64,000 nt of DNA from NCBI GenBank assembly GCA_965263035.1, contig OZ253580.1, positions 5,760,001 to 5,824,000 of the forward strand, given 5' to 3'. A model generated the notes under the pieces. That model searched no databases and had not been told where the DNA came from. It was given only the letters and a program-made list of their open reading frames with translations. Shown here piece by piece: positions 38,494-48,073 of this stretch. Source of the stretch: Acidobacteriota bacterium (GTDB lineage Bacteria; Acidobacteriota; UBA6911; RPQK01; JAJDTT01). The first letter of the stretch is position 1. Every line of letters begins with the position of its first letter. The position numbers and the translations under genes are program-made.

Positions 38494-39716
38494 GCCCGTG
38501 TCTCTTCGATCAGAGCTTGATACAGGGTCAAATGGTCGCTTGCGTACCGGTCCAGCGTCAAGCCGGCCGCCGTCTCCCGGGCGGCGGCGGCCAAACTCCG
38601 GCGCCGGTCTTCCGAGAGCAGGATCGACTCGAGACCGCGGACCAGATCGTCGATCCGATCCGGAGAAAAGACGATTCCGTTGACCCGATGCCGCACGTAT
38701 TCCACGAGGCCGCCGTCGGCGGAAACGGCGGGACAGCAGCCCAGGAGCATCCCTTCCAGATGGCTGCGTCCCGCACCCTCGTTCAGCGCCGGGTAGACCA
38801 CGATCTGTGCGGCGGCGTAGAGCGCGCGCAACTCGGCCGGGGACAGCGTGTCCAAGAAGGTGACGTGGCCGTCCAGATCCAGGTCTGAAACCAACTGTTC
38901 CAGGTGGGACTTGTAGGGAAGCCCCTCGGGAAGGGTCGGACCCGGCAGAGCGAGCCTCACTCCCAGGCCTGAGTCCCGGACCGCCCGGCTCCGAACCACG
39001 CCGTGCAAGCCTCGGATCAGAAACTCGTGGTTCTTCCGGGGAATGAACCGCGCGGGGTACACCAGAAGCCGATCCATCGCTCCCGGCGCCAGCCGTCGCC
39101 GCCAAGACTCCCGTTCGTGGTCCCCGACGGAGTCCGGATTCCAGAAGTCGCGGTCCACGAAGAATCCTCGATAGTCGACGGGGGATCCGCCGAAGGCCGC
39201 AGCCGAAAAACGAGTCACGGCACAGATACGATCTGACAAGCGGTAGGCATCGCGAAGGATTTCAGCCATCTCCGGAGTCGCAGGTTGTCCCTCATGGTGG
39301 GTGATCACGGTGGGGATGCCTGCCTCCTGGGCAGCCTCCAGAGCCACGATCTGGATCCGATGCCGAACCAGGTGGACGTGTAGCAGACCGGGCCGTTCCT
39401 GTTGAAGCAGCTGCGCCAAGTGACGCCGGAGAGCATTGCAGGCCTCGGTCGAGTCCATGTCCGTACGCCCGGGGGTGCGCATGGGAACGAGACAGGGAAA
39501 GATGGGAATCCCGGTTCGCGCCTCGAACCAACGGCCGTCGGTGCGAGCCGCCCTCCCGCCGGCTTCGAGCGCCTCCACCTGCGACTCCCCCACCAGGAAG
39601 GTCTGGAGCACCTCGACTCGACCGGTCCGGACCAGTGCCCGGTTCAGCGCACGCAGATGGCCCATCAGTCCGCCGGTGTTTACCAGATAGTCGTGAGAGA
39701 ACCGAAGGACCTTCAC
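38490..39716 (-). CDS. Glycosyltransferase family 4
   Basis: GGL N-terminal loop, ITHH, ARFIPRKN, EGAGRSHLE (EX7E), NGIVF. Confidence 0.88.
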   Translation of the reverse strand: MKVLRFSHDYLVNTGGLMGHLRALNRALVRTGRVEVLQTFLVGESQVEALEAGGRAARTDGRWFEARTGIPIFPCLVPMRTPGRTDMDSTEACNALRRHLAQLLQQERPGLLHVHLVRHRIQIVALEAAQEAGIPTVITHHEGQPATPEMAEILRDAYRLSDRICAVTRFSAAAFGGSPVDYRGFFVDRDFWNPDSVGDHERESWRRRLAPGAMDRLLVYPARFIPRKNHEFLIRGLHGVVRSRAVRDSGLGVRLALPGPTLPEGLPYKSHLEQLVSDLDLDGHVTFLDTLSPAELRALYAAAQIVVYPALNEGAGRSHLEGMLLGCCPAVSADGGLVEYVRHRVNGIVFSPDRIDDLVRGLESILLSEDRRRSLAAAARETAAGLTLDRYASDHLTLYQALIEETRA

Positions 39717-39728
39717 CGGAAAGCGGCG

Positions 39729-41126
39729 TCAAGCCCTCGTCCAGGGTCCGGTGATAGCCACCGTCAGGCCCTTTTGCTGGATGTTGACGAGGAGCGTGGA
39801 ACCGTCGGGAGTGAAGACGGCCCCGGCGAATTCGGTCCGGAGCCGGTTGTTGGCCAGGACGTAGCACCGGCCCTGGGGAGTGACTCCGATGAGCCGAACG
39901 ACCTCGGTGGACCGATCCTCGCAAAGGACCAGGTCGCCCCAAGGGCTCAGCGTCAGGTTGTCGGCGCTCTTGAGCAGATCCGCATCGTCCGGTTCGATGA
40001 AGAGCTCTACGGTTCCGGGCGCTTTACGCTCCTCCGGCGTTCCCTCCGCCAGGCTCGGCCGGTACTTCCAGATCTGGCCGTTTCTGCGGTGTCCCCCGTT
40101 GGTGCAGGCGAAGTAGACCATGTCGTTGCCATACCACATGCCTTCTCCCCGGGCGAAGCGGGCGGCGCCTGCGTCATACCCGCGGTATCGCAGGTTGTCC
40201 TCCCTGGGGTCCGGCTCCTCCAGGTCGACCCATTCCACGGCCACCGGTTCTCCGACGGGGATGGTCCTCCAGAGGTTCCAGTTGCGGGTGTCCACCCCGC
40301 TCCGGTCCCGGATCTTGAGGGCCTGAAGCCGGCCTCCTGCCTGCAACTTCCCGGGGGACTCGGGCAGGAACCGGTAGAGGAGGCCGTCGTTCCGGTCTTC
40401 CGTCTGGTAGACGATGCCGGTTTCCTCAGCCACGGCGACGGCTTCGTGATTGAAACGGCCCATGGCCCGCAGGGGGATGGGGTCCACGGCCTCCATCCGG
40501 GTCGTGGCGGGAACCTCAAAGTTGTAGCCATGGTCGTGGTCGGCCCAGATCCCGGCCTCTTGGTCGTGTCCGGCCGTCCGCACGGTCTCCTCACAACTGA
40601 TCCAGCTGTCCCAGGGCGTCGCGCCGCCGGCACAGTTGCGTATGGTTCCGGCCAGACTCATGAACTGGGAGACGATCTCCTGGCGGGCCGGGTCGAAGAG
40701 GAACGTGGTGGTGCCGCCGCAGGATGGGGTCTTGCCTCCACCGAAGTCATAGATCTTTCCGCGATCCAGAAGCTCCAGCCGCCCGTTGTCCCTGCCGAAC
40801 GGGCCGTTATCCGATTGAACCGTCAACTCATGATTGCGGATCACGACGGCGAGACCATCCGGTCCCGCAAAGGCGGCCATGCCGTCCGGCGCCCCCGGAA
40901 GGAACAGGCCGTCCGACATGGTCTGCCCGGCCCAGGACACGATCCGGTACTGAAACCCCTCGGGGAGATCCAAGATGCCCCTGGGGTCGCGTTGCAACGG
41001 ACCGTACCCGGGATCCACCAGGTCGGCATCGGTGTAGAGGGGACGGTCGCTCATCAGATGACGCAGACCCAGGAATCCCGCGGGGACCAAACCTCCCGCG
41101 ACCAGGAAACGGCGGCGATTCAGCAT
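39729..41126 (-). CDS. phoX: PhoX-family alkaline phosphatase (DUF839), Tat-exported
   Basis: NRRRFL Tat motif; RNHE, NCAGG.TPW.SWISCEE, GRFNHEA, DNL, LCED, EFAG and NIQ motifs. Confidence 0.85.
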   Translation of the reverse strand: MLNRRRFLVAGGLVPAGFLGLRHLMSDRPLYTDADLVDPGYGPLQRDPRGILDLPEGFQYRIVSWAGQTMSDGLFLPGAPDGMAAFAGPDGLAVVIRNHELTVQSDNGPFGRDNGRLELLDRGKIYDFGGGKTPSCGGTTTFLFDPARQEIVSQFMSLAGTIRNCAGGATPWDSWISCEETVRTAGHDQEAGIWADHDHGYNFEVPATTRMEAVDPIPLRAMGRFNHEAVAVAEETGIVYQTEDRNDGLLYRFLPESPGKLQAGGRLQALKIRDRSGVDTRNWNLWRTIPVGEPVAVEWVDLEEPDPREDNLRYRGYDAGAARFARGEGMWYGNDMVYFACTNGGHRRNGQIWKYRPSLAEGTPEERKAPGTVELFIEPDDADLLKSADNLTLSPWGDLVLCEDRSTEVVRLIGVTPQGRCYVLANNRLRTEFAGAVFTPDGSTLLVNIQQKGLTVAITGPWTRA

Positions 41127-41286
41127 CGTTTTATCTCCTGCTCCAGCCGGCGCGGCCGCGCCGGGTTCCAACCAAGTCTGCCAGCGGCTGGCCGGTTCTA
41201 CAAGCGCCCGGATCCGGCCGCGTCCAGAGGATTGGTCTATAATCGCTTATGTCAACTATGTTTACGGTCATCTTCCCGGAGGTCGA

Positions 41287-42715
41287 ATGTCCGTTTCCTA
41301 CCGAAACCATCGCTGGCTTTCAATTCTCTTCATCCTGTTCATCTTGACCGGAATCTCACAGAGCCGGGCTGAGGTCCTGGGAGTGACGTTCCCCTACCGG
41401 GCTCCGAAGGGAGACTACGTTACCCAGCAGGACCGATACCATACCTTCCGGATCCCGGGAATGGTCGTCAGCGGCGACGGATCGATTCTGGCCTTTGCCG
41501 AAGGCCGCCGGGGCCGGGGAAGCGGTCCTCGACGCGACGAGAACGCTCCCATCGATCTGGTCCTGCGCCGCAGCACCGATCAAGGCAAGACCTGGGAGTC
41601 TGCGCGGTAGAAATGATCGTAGGGAGAAAGTGGGGAATCGAGGCCAGATTTTCTCGATTTTGAGGTGCATAGTTGTTCTATTCGCCGAGAAATCGAGGGA
41701 ATATGGACCGATTCTACCGCTTTCGCAGTAGATCAATTTCTGCGGCGCAGGCTCCTAGGAACCGATGCAGGTCATCGCTTCGGGATTCCGGCCGGACGGC
41801 GAGCTGGTGGATTTCAGCGATCCGACTCCCGTCTTCGACGCCGTGACTCAGACCGTGTTCCTATTCTACGGCCAGTGGCCGGACAAGGGTCCAACCGTGA
41901 TGGCCCCCGGCCAGAATCCTGACCCCGATGCTGCCAACCACGTGACCTGGATCCGCGCCAGCAACGACCACGGCCGAACCTGGTCCGAGCGCCGTCAAAT
42001 CGACTATCCGGATGAGCCGACCGAAACCGGCGACGGCTTCTATTGGAGGCAGGCCGAACCGGGTCCCGGCCCTGGAATCCAACTCCAATGGCAGGATCCA
42101 CAGGTCCCGCCCAACGGCCGTCTCGTGGTTCCGGCCAAGCGGTCCCGTTCCCGGACTCCCGACGGGCCAGCCACACCGGAGCCTTTCGTCTACTATTCGG
42201 ACGATCACGGAAAGACTTGGCAGGTCGGCGCCGCCACCGCCGGACCCGACGCCAACGAGGACGAGGTCATCGAACTCACCGCCGGACGGTTGTTGCTGGA
42301 TGCGCGGCAGGATCACGGCGACTTTCGACGGCGCCACATCAGTCCTGACGGCGGCCTCAGCTCGGGTCCCGATCTTTCGGACACCATCGCTCTCCCCCGG
42401 GTGGACGCATCCATGGTTCGCTATTCGGCGACCCGGGCCGGCCACGACAAAGACCGAATCCTGTTCTCGGCTCCCCAGGGTACTAACGGTCTCAACCGGA
42501 CGAGGATCACCGTCTGGACCAGTTACGACGAGGGGAAGACGTCCGTCAATCCGGTCAAGTTCAACGACGGATTCGCCGCCTATTCGGTTCTCCAGCGGTT
42601 GTCGGACGGGACCATCGGCCGCTTGGCGGAGACCTCCCAGGAGGAGGGCGTGAGATACGGCGAGATCAGTTTCCACCGTTTCGACATCGGTGAGTTGGAA
42701 AGGAGTTCCCGCTAG
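41287..42715 (+). pseudogene. GH33 sialidase-like gene interrupted by MITE A copy 3
   Basis: The 5' part has FRIP and RRSTDQGKTW. The 3' part resumes as EPMQVIASG with Asp-boxes (SNDHGRTW, SDDHGKTW) and AAYS, in a frame shifted by the 163-bp insertion. Confidence 0.88.
41596..41754 (+). mobile_element. MITE family A, copy 3 (159 bp)
   Basis: Near-identical to the other copies; flanked by CTGG on the left and CTAG on the right. Confidence 0.92.
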
Positions 42716-43081
42716 ACACCAGGGAGACCAGACCCGAATCCGTTCAGCCAAGGTGCGGCTGAAGGTTTCTTGAACGCGGCGCCAGGTTCCGGACAGATCC
42801 ATGGATACCCTCTCCAGATCGTCAATGATGGATCGCGCCGTAGGGCCCATGCGGATGGCGTCTCATCTTCATTTTGAGGAATGGGAATGATCAACAAGAC
42901 GATAACCAATATGCAGGCCACGGCGAGTGGAAGCTGGAGGAACTGACCTCGAAAATCGAGTCCGTTCTGGTTCGATAAAGCACCCAAGAGTGACCGAAAA
43001 TAGCTTCGATTTCGTCATATCTTCAGCGACCCGGTGAAAAATCCGGGCATCGAAAAGGATTCCGCACCGTTCGTTGCGTCG

Positions 43082-44683
43082 ATGGCTGTGGTGAGAAATT
43101 CTGTGGAGTTTGGGAGGCGACCGGCGGCATGTCCTGGCCAATCGCTGCGGCCTCTCTTCCGGACCGCTTACGTTGCCGCCGTTCTTTTTCCGATCCTGCT
43201 TACAGCCTGCGGTTACAGGCGGTCGGTTCTCACCCGATCGGATCGGCCCGGCCCCTCGCCGCACCGGGAGAAGGGCGTTGCAACCGAATCGGGTCCACAC
43301 TCCGAGCCCCATCTTCACGGGTGGCGAAGGACCGAGGCTCTTTTCGAAGAAGCCTACAGGACCTCACCGGACCCGGTGATCCTGGACAAGTTGCTCACCA
43401 CCCAATTTCTCATCCTGACGCGGGAAACCGAGGAGGGAATCTACGGTCCCTTCCAGGTCAAGAGGCTTTCTTCGCTCTGCTCCCGAGGGAGTTCGTCCTT
43501 TCATGAGACTCTCTGCCAATCGGGTCGAGAGCGGATGCGGCATCGCCACGGGAAATCCGTCGGCAAGGGCAGGGTCGGGGATTCAGTACGAGATCAGGAC
43601 CTGCCGGTCGAGCCCCCCCTGCTTGCGGCCTATCTCCGGTTGCTCCTCACGGAAGAACACCTGAAGTCTGATCTGTCCAAAGAAAATCCTCTGGAGGCCT
43701 TGGACCCGGACGAGACCTCTCCACTGACCCTCTATCTGGAATCGCAAGCGGGCCGACTCGAGAAGATCGAGGATCACGTGGAACGACATCCCCGGTTCGC
43801 CGAGCTGCTGTTTTACGGGGGGAACAAGCTGCTGGAGAAGGCCAGGTATACGGAAGCCATCGACTCGATGACGGAAGCCATTCGACTCGTCCCCGAGTAC
43901 ACGAAGACCATGGTCACGCTCGGTGAATTTCACCTGCGATCCCTGTATCTCTACGAACGGGCCCTCCATTATTTCGAGGACGCGCTGGGCTGGGATCCAG
44001 AAAACATTTCCGCCCTGTTCGGCCACGGCGTGGCCCTTCATCTGTTGGGACGGTACGAACTTTCCCAGCACTCCCTGGACCGCCTGCTGGAGCTGGAACC
44101 GGAGGTGTGGAACGCCATTCCCCAGGAATCACGAAAAAGTTTTCGAGCCCGGTCCTGCTACTGGAAGGCCAAGAATTATTACGCGATCGGGTCATCGGAA
44201 AAGGCAAGGGAATGGGTCGACCGAGCCTTGGCCGACTTGCCCCGCTCCGAACCGGTCCTCTATCTGTCTGGCATACTCCACTTGGAGAAAATAGAGCTCG
44301 CATCGGCTCGTTCTGTTTTTATCAAAGTCGTGGAAGGCGGCACCGAGTTATGCGATGCCTACTATCAACTGGGAGTCATCAACCAATCCCAGCCCGGACA
44401 AGACATCTTGTTCAACTTCATGAACAATGCCTATTGCCGACAGCGAAAGCTGACCAATCTGAAAGAGGAGTTGAATCGAGTCGAAGACCTGGATCTGGAC
44501 TCGACCAGGAAGGAAGAGGTGTTGGACGTCCTTCAGAATCGCCGGGACCGGCTCCGGGAAGAGACTTTCGCTTTGCTGTTCAATATGACGGAAAGAGTAG
44601 GTTCGATTGGAGAACTGGACGCGACCGTATTCCATCAAGCGATGGAGGAGTTGTGGGATCGCCTCTCCAATCCCAAGTGGTAG
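43082..44683 (+). CDS. Tetratricopeptide repeat lipoprotein
   Basis: LLTAC lipobox; TPRs in the central region. Start is uncertain. Confidence 0.7.
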   Translation: MAVVRNSVEFGRRPAACPGQSLRPLFRTAYVAAVLFPILLTACGYRRSVLTRSDRPGPSPHREKGVATESGPHSEPHLHGWRRTEALFEEAYRTSPDPVILDKLLTTQFLILTRETEEGIYGPFQVKRLSSLCSRGSSSFHETLCQSGRERMRHRHGKSVGKGRVGDSVRDQDLPVEPPLLAAYLRLLLTEEHLKSDLSKENPLEALDPDETSPLTLYLESQAGRLEKIEDHVERHPRFAELLFYGGNKLLEKARYTEAIDSMTEAIRLVPEYTKTMVTLGEFHLRSLYLYERALHYFEDALGWDPENISALFGHGVALHLLGRYELSQHSLDRLLELEPEVWNAIPQESRKSFRARSCYWKAKNYYAIGSSEKAREWVDRALADLPRSEPVLYLSGILHLEKIELASARSVFIKVVEGGTELCDAYYQLGVINQSQPGQDILFNFMNNAYCRQRKLTNLKEELNRVEDLDLDSTRKEEVLDVLQNRRDRLREETFALLFNMTERVGSIGELDATVFHQAMEELWDRLSNPKW

Positions 44684-44758
44684 ATGACATATCGTGCATG
44701 AATTGAATCGAGACTTGGCCGATGTATGCCGGCCGCTTGCAGGCTCAGGGAGGACGAG

Positions 44759-46477
44759 ATGAATCTCACGCGAAGGGAAGCCATTGCCGCCGTGATCGGC
44801 GGCGCGGCGGGGTGGGCCGCCGGTTGCGGAGCCGGCGAGACCCCCGCTCGGTCTCAAGCGAAGCTGGACCGTCTGGAAGCTGTTCGCCGGCGGCGGCGAA
44901 TCATCTTCGTGGACGACAACTACGGTCTCTCCCACGAAGGAAGCGGCACACCCGAGGGATTTCTGGCACCCCGGCTCAAGCCTCTGGTCGGAACCCAGGT
45001 CGACGCCATCACCTACGCCGTCTACGCTCACAGCCCGGCCTACATCAGCAAGGCTCGGAAAAGGCTCTACGCCGCGGCCGGGGGGACTTCGGTCACCGAC
45101 CAGGCCTGGGCCCGAAACCACAAGGCGCTGGTGGATGCGGGACACGACCCGCTGCAGTTGGTCATCGACTTCGCCCACGAAAACGGAATGGAAGCCTTCG
45201 CCCACATGAGCATGAACGACTGCCACGACAGCATCATGAGAAACCTCATGCACCCCTTCAAGAGCCAGCACCCCGAGTTGCTGGTGGACACGAAGGGGAC
45301 TCTCTCCCACCTGCAGTTGTACGTGACGGCGTACGACTTCTCCCATGAAGCCGCCCGCGACCGCCAGTTCACCATCGTCCGGGAGGTCTGCGAGGGGTTC
45401 GACGTGGACGGCTTCGAGATGGACTACTTCCGGCATCCCATGTTCTTCAGCCGCTGCATGCGCGGCGAACCGGCGACTCCGGAAGAGACGGCGATCATGA
45501 CCGGCTTCATGGCCCGGATCCGCAAGATGGCCGATGCCGCCGCCGCTCGGCGCGGGAAACCCCTGCTGCTGTCGGCTCGCGTCCCCGACACCTTCGAGCA
45601 GGCGGTCCACCTGGGCATGGACGTGGAAGCTTGGATGGCTAACGACTTGGTGGACCTGATCATCGCCGGTGGCGGATACGCCTCGAGCACTTTGGATGTC
45701 GAACACTTCGTCCAGACGGCTCGTAAACATGACGTCCGGGTCTACCCCTGCATCAACCAGAAACCATGGAGCTGCGACCCGGCCTGGTGCCGGGAAGGGA
45801 ACCGGGCGCTGGCGGCCCGCTGGCACCGGGCCGGCGCCGACGGCATCCATTTCTGGAATCTGGCCACGCCGTTCGATCCCTATTCCGTGGACACCCCGGA
45901 GGAGCTTGCCGCGACCCGTAATCGTGTCTATGCCTGTCTGAATGATGTGGGCGAGGCCGGGACGCTGGAAGGCAAGGACAAGCTCTACTGTGTAGACAGC
46001 TCGGTGTTCATCCACTACAAGCACGTTACGGTCGAGCCCCCTCTCCCGCTGCACCTGACACCCGGCCGCAGAGCAGGTTTTCCGGTGCCGCTGGGAGACG
46101 ACGTTCGGGCCGCCGCGAAAGACGACACTCTCCAGGAACTCCGGCTGGAACTGACGGTGCACGGCCACCTGCAGGAAGGCGGGTTGGAGCTGACCGTCAA
46201 CGGGGAATCCGCGGGAACAGGAGACGCGGTCCGGATCGGCTACGCCCATACCCACGAGCATCGCCACGAAGCGGACGGAAATGCGTCTCCCCACAGCCAC
46301 TATCACTTCCAGGCTCACCAGGTGACCTATCTCCTGGATGCCCTTCCACTGAATCTGGGGGACAATGAGTTGGAGCTGCTGGTTGCGACCAGCGGCGATC
46401 CATTCAAGACCGGGGGGCCGCTCCAACTGGTCAATGCCCAGCTCTGGGTGCGATTCCGGTCCGAAGACCGCGCCTGA
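44759..46477 (+). CDS. GHL10-like (family 10 glycosyl hydrolase-like) TIM-barrel protein, Tat lipoprotein
   Basis: TRRE Tat motif with AAGC; RRIIF.DD, MNDCHD, YDFS, DVDGFEMDYFRHP and GADGIHFWN motifs. Confidence 0.75.
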   Translation: MNLTRREAIAAVIGGAAGWAAGCGAGETPARSQAKLDRLEAVRRRRRIIFVDDNYGLSHEGSGTPEGFLAPRLKPLVGTQVDAITYAVYAHSPAYISKARKRLYAAAGGTSVTDQAWARNHKALVDAGHDPLQLVIDFAHENGMEAFAHMSMNDCHDSIMRNLMHPFKSQHPELLVDTKGTLSHLQLYVTAYDFSHEAARDRQFTIVREVCEGFDVDGFEMDYFRHPMFFSRCMRGEPATPEETAIMTGFMARIRKMADAAAARRGKPLLLSARVPDTFEQAVHLGMDVEAWMANDLVDLIIAGGGYASSTLDVEHFVQTARKHDVRVYPCINQKPWSCDPAWCREGNRALAARWHRAGADGIHFWNLATPFDPYSVDTPEELAATRNRVYACLNDVGEAGTLEGKDKLYCVDSSVFIHYKHVTVEPPLPLHLTPGRRAGFPVPLGDDVRAAAKDDTLQELRLELTVHGHLQEGGLELTVNGESAGTGDAVRIGYAHTHEHRHEADGNASPHSHYHFQAHQVTYLLDALPLNLGDNELELLVATSGDPFKTGGPLQLVNAQLWVRFRSEDRA

Positions 46478-46495
46478 CGGGATCTTCGAGATCGG

Positions 46496-48061
46496 TTATT
46501 CGAACCAGAAAGAGAAAAGCTCCGCCTTCTCCAAGTGGAATTCCAGCCGGATCGCCTGGTCCTTGAGGGAGGCGGGATCGGTGGAACCCTCCCAGGCCAC
46601 CGTGTGATTCATGGAGTCGCCGCTGAAAGTCCGGCACCGATCGCCGGACCATTCGTCGAACCGCATGCCGTCATACTCTCCGTCGCCCCGGCGAACCGCC
46701 ACTCGGACGGAGCCTCCCTTTTCCGTCCGGGCGTTGATGTGCAGCCGCCCGCCCGGGTGACGGATGGGCCGCGTCAGCATGCTGCCCTGATCGGCAGCCT
46801 CCAACGAGACGAACCCATCCCGGCGCAGGGACGCCAAGCAGATGTGGCCGTCGCCGGGCCGGACCTCGCGGGAAATGTGCAGGCTCTCATGTCCAGTGTA
46901 GTAGAGGTCGACCCGGTCCTCGTGTTCGACGAGACCCTTGGCGACGTAGACTCTGCCCTCATCGTAGGTGCCGGCAGGCCCCGTCTCCAGGAAGATCGGA
47001 CGTTCCGGATGGCGTTGCCAGTTCCGGCCGTCTCGGCTCCAAGCGAGTTGAACGTCGATCTTCAGCTTCTTATCGACCTCACCCTCCCGCTGAAATGGTG
47101 GCCGCAAGTAGAACATGTGGAGGAACCCGAGGTAGACTCCTTGGTACCGCACGACGGGCATGCAATAGAGGGAGTAGGGATCCAGCTCATCGGGGACCAC
47201 CACATGCTCGGGCTGGCTCCAGCTGAGGAGGTCGGAGCTTTCGGAATAGGCGATGCGCCGGATCTCACCGGCATTGATGGGTGGCCTCCGGTAATACATG
47301 ACGACGCCGCGTTCGGGGTTGTAGGTCAGGTTGTTGGCGGTGTCGCTCTGGCCACGGAAGATGGGGTTCTCCTTCTGGTCGGTCCAGTGGACGCCGTCGT
47401 CGCTGAAGGCCACCCGGAGTTCCTGGCCGCCCGCGATCAATTCAGGATGGGGATCGCGGCCGGCGGGACCGCGATTGTAGATCATCAGGTACCGTCCCTG
47501 ATCCCGCCATTTGGGAGGAGTTCGGATCACGCCGACGCTGTCGAAGCTGACCTTGTCGCTCCCTTTGAAAACATTGTTGGCCTTGCTGCCGTCGACCTCC
47601 ACCAATCCAAGCTTGGGGGCGGTCCACTGGAGGCCGTCCCTGGACTCGTAGTAGCGGGCGCGGCTCAACCAGTAGAAGCCGGGTGGAGTGGGGATCTCGA
47701 CCAATACGCTGCTGGAATCCCATAAGCGGTAAAGACCGCTGTCAGGGTCTCGGAGAACGCTCACGTAGGTGACCGTCGTGTCCGGATTGAGGTCCGCAGT
47801 TCCAGTCGAGAAGAGCGGGTTGGCGCGATGTTTTTCCGGTTGATGAACTTTCCGGCGAACGGCCCGGAGGTCCTCGACCACATGGTTGTCCATCAGGAGC
47901 TGGCGTTCATGACCGATCTCCAGCGGCTGGGTGGGGAGAATGGAGTAGGAGCCCCGAATCGTCCATTGATGCTCATGCTGCGAGGCGGACAGGTTCAGGA
48001 CAACGGCCAGAAGGATCACGGCGGCGGCCGACCGGTGGCGAAACACAATATTCATTCGCAT
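46496..48061 (-). CDS. Secreted five-bladed beta-propeller glycosidase-like protein (GH32/43/130 superfamily-like)
   Basis: RQLLMD, YYESRDGLQWTAPKLG, SDDGVHW, SRDGRNW, LRRDGFVS; C-terminal LFSFWF. Confidence 0.75.
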   Translation of the reverse strand: MRMNIVFRHRSAAAVILLAVVLNLSASQHEHQWTIRGSYSILPTQPLEIGHERQLLMDNHVVEDLRAVRRKVHQPEKHRANPLFSTGTADLNPDTTVTYVSVLRDPDSGLYRLWDSSSVLVEIPTPPGFYWLSRARYYESRDGLQWTAPKLGLVEVDGSKANNVFKGSDKVSFDSVGVIRTPPKWRDQGRYLMIYNRGPAGRDPHPELIAGGQELRVAFSDDGVHWTDQKENPIFRGQSDTANNLTYNPERGVVMYYRRPPINAGEIRRIAYSESSDLLSWSQPEHVVVPDELDPYSLYCMPVVRYQGVYLGFLHMFYLRPPFQREGEVDKKLKIDVQLAWSRDGRNWQRHPERPIFLETGPAGTYDEGRVYVAKGLVEHEDRVDLYYTGHESLHISREVRPGDGHICLASLRRDGFVSLEAADQGSMLTRPIRHPGGRLHINARTEKGGSVRVAVRRGDGEYDGMRFDEWSGDRCRTFSGDSMNHTVAWEGSTDPASLKDQAIRLEFHLEKAELFSFWFE

Positions 48062-48073
48062 TGAATTCTCCCC

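Noticed and set aside
41248-41272. Possible Pho box upstream of phoX
   Set aside because: The TGTCA-like half-sites are not at the canonical 11-bp spacing.
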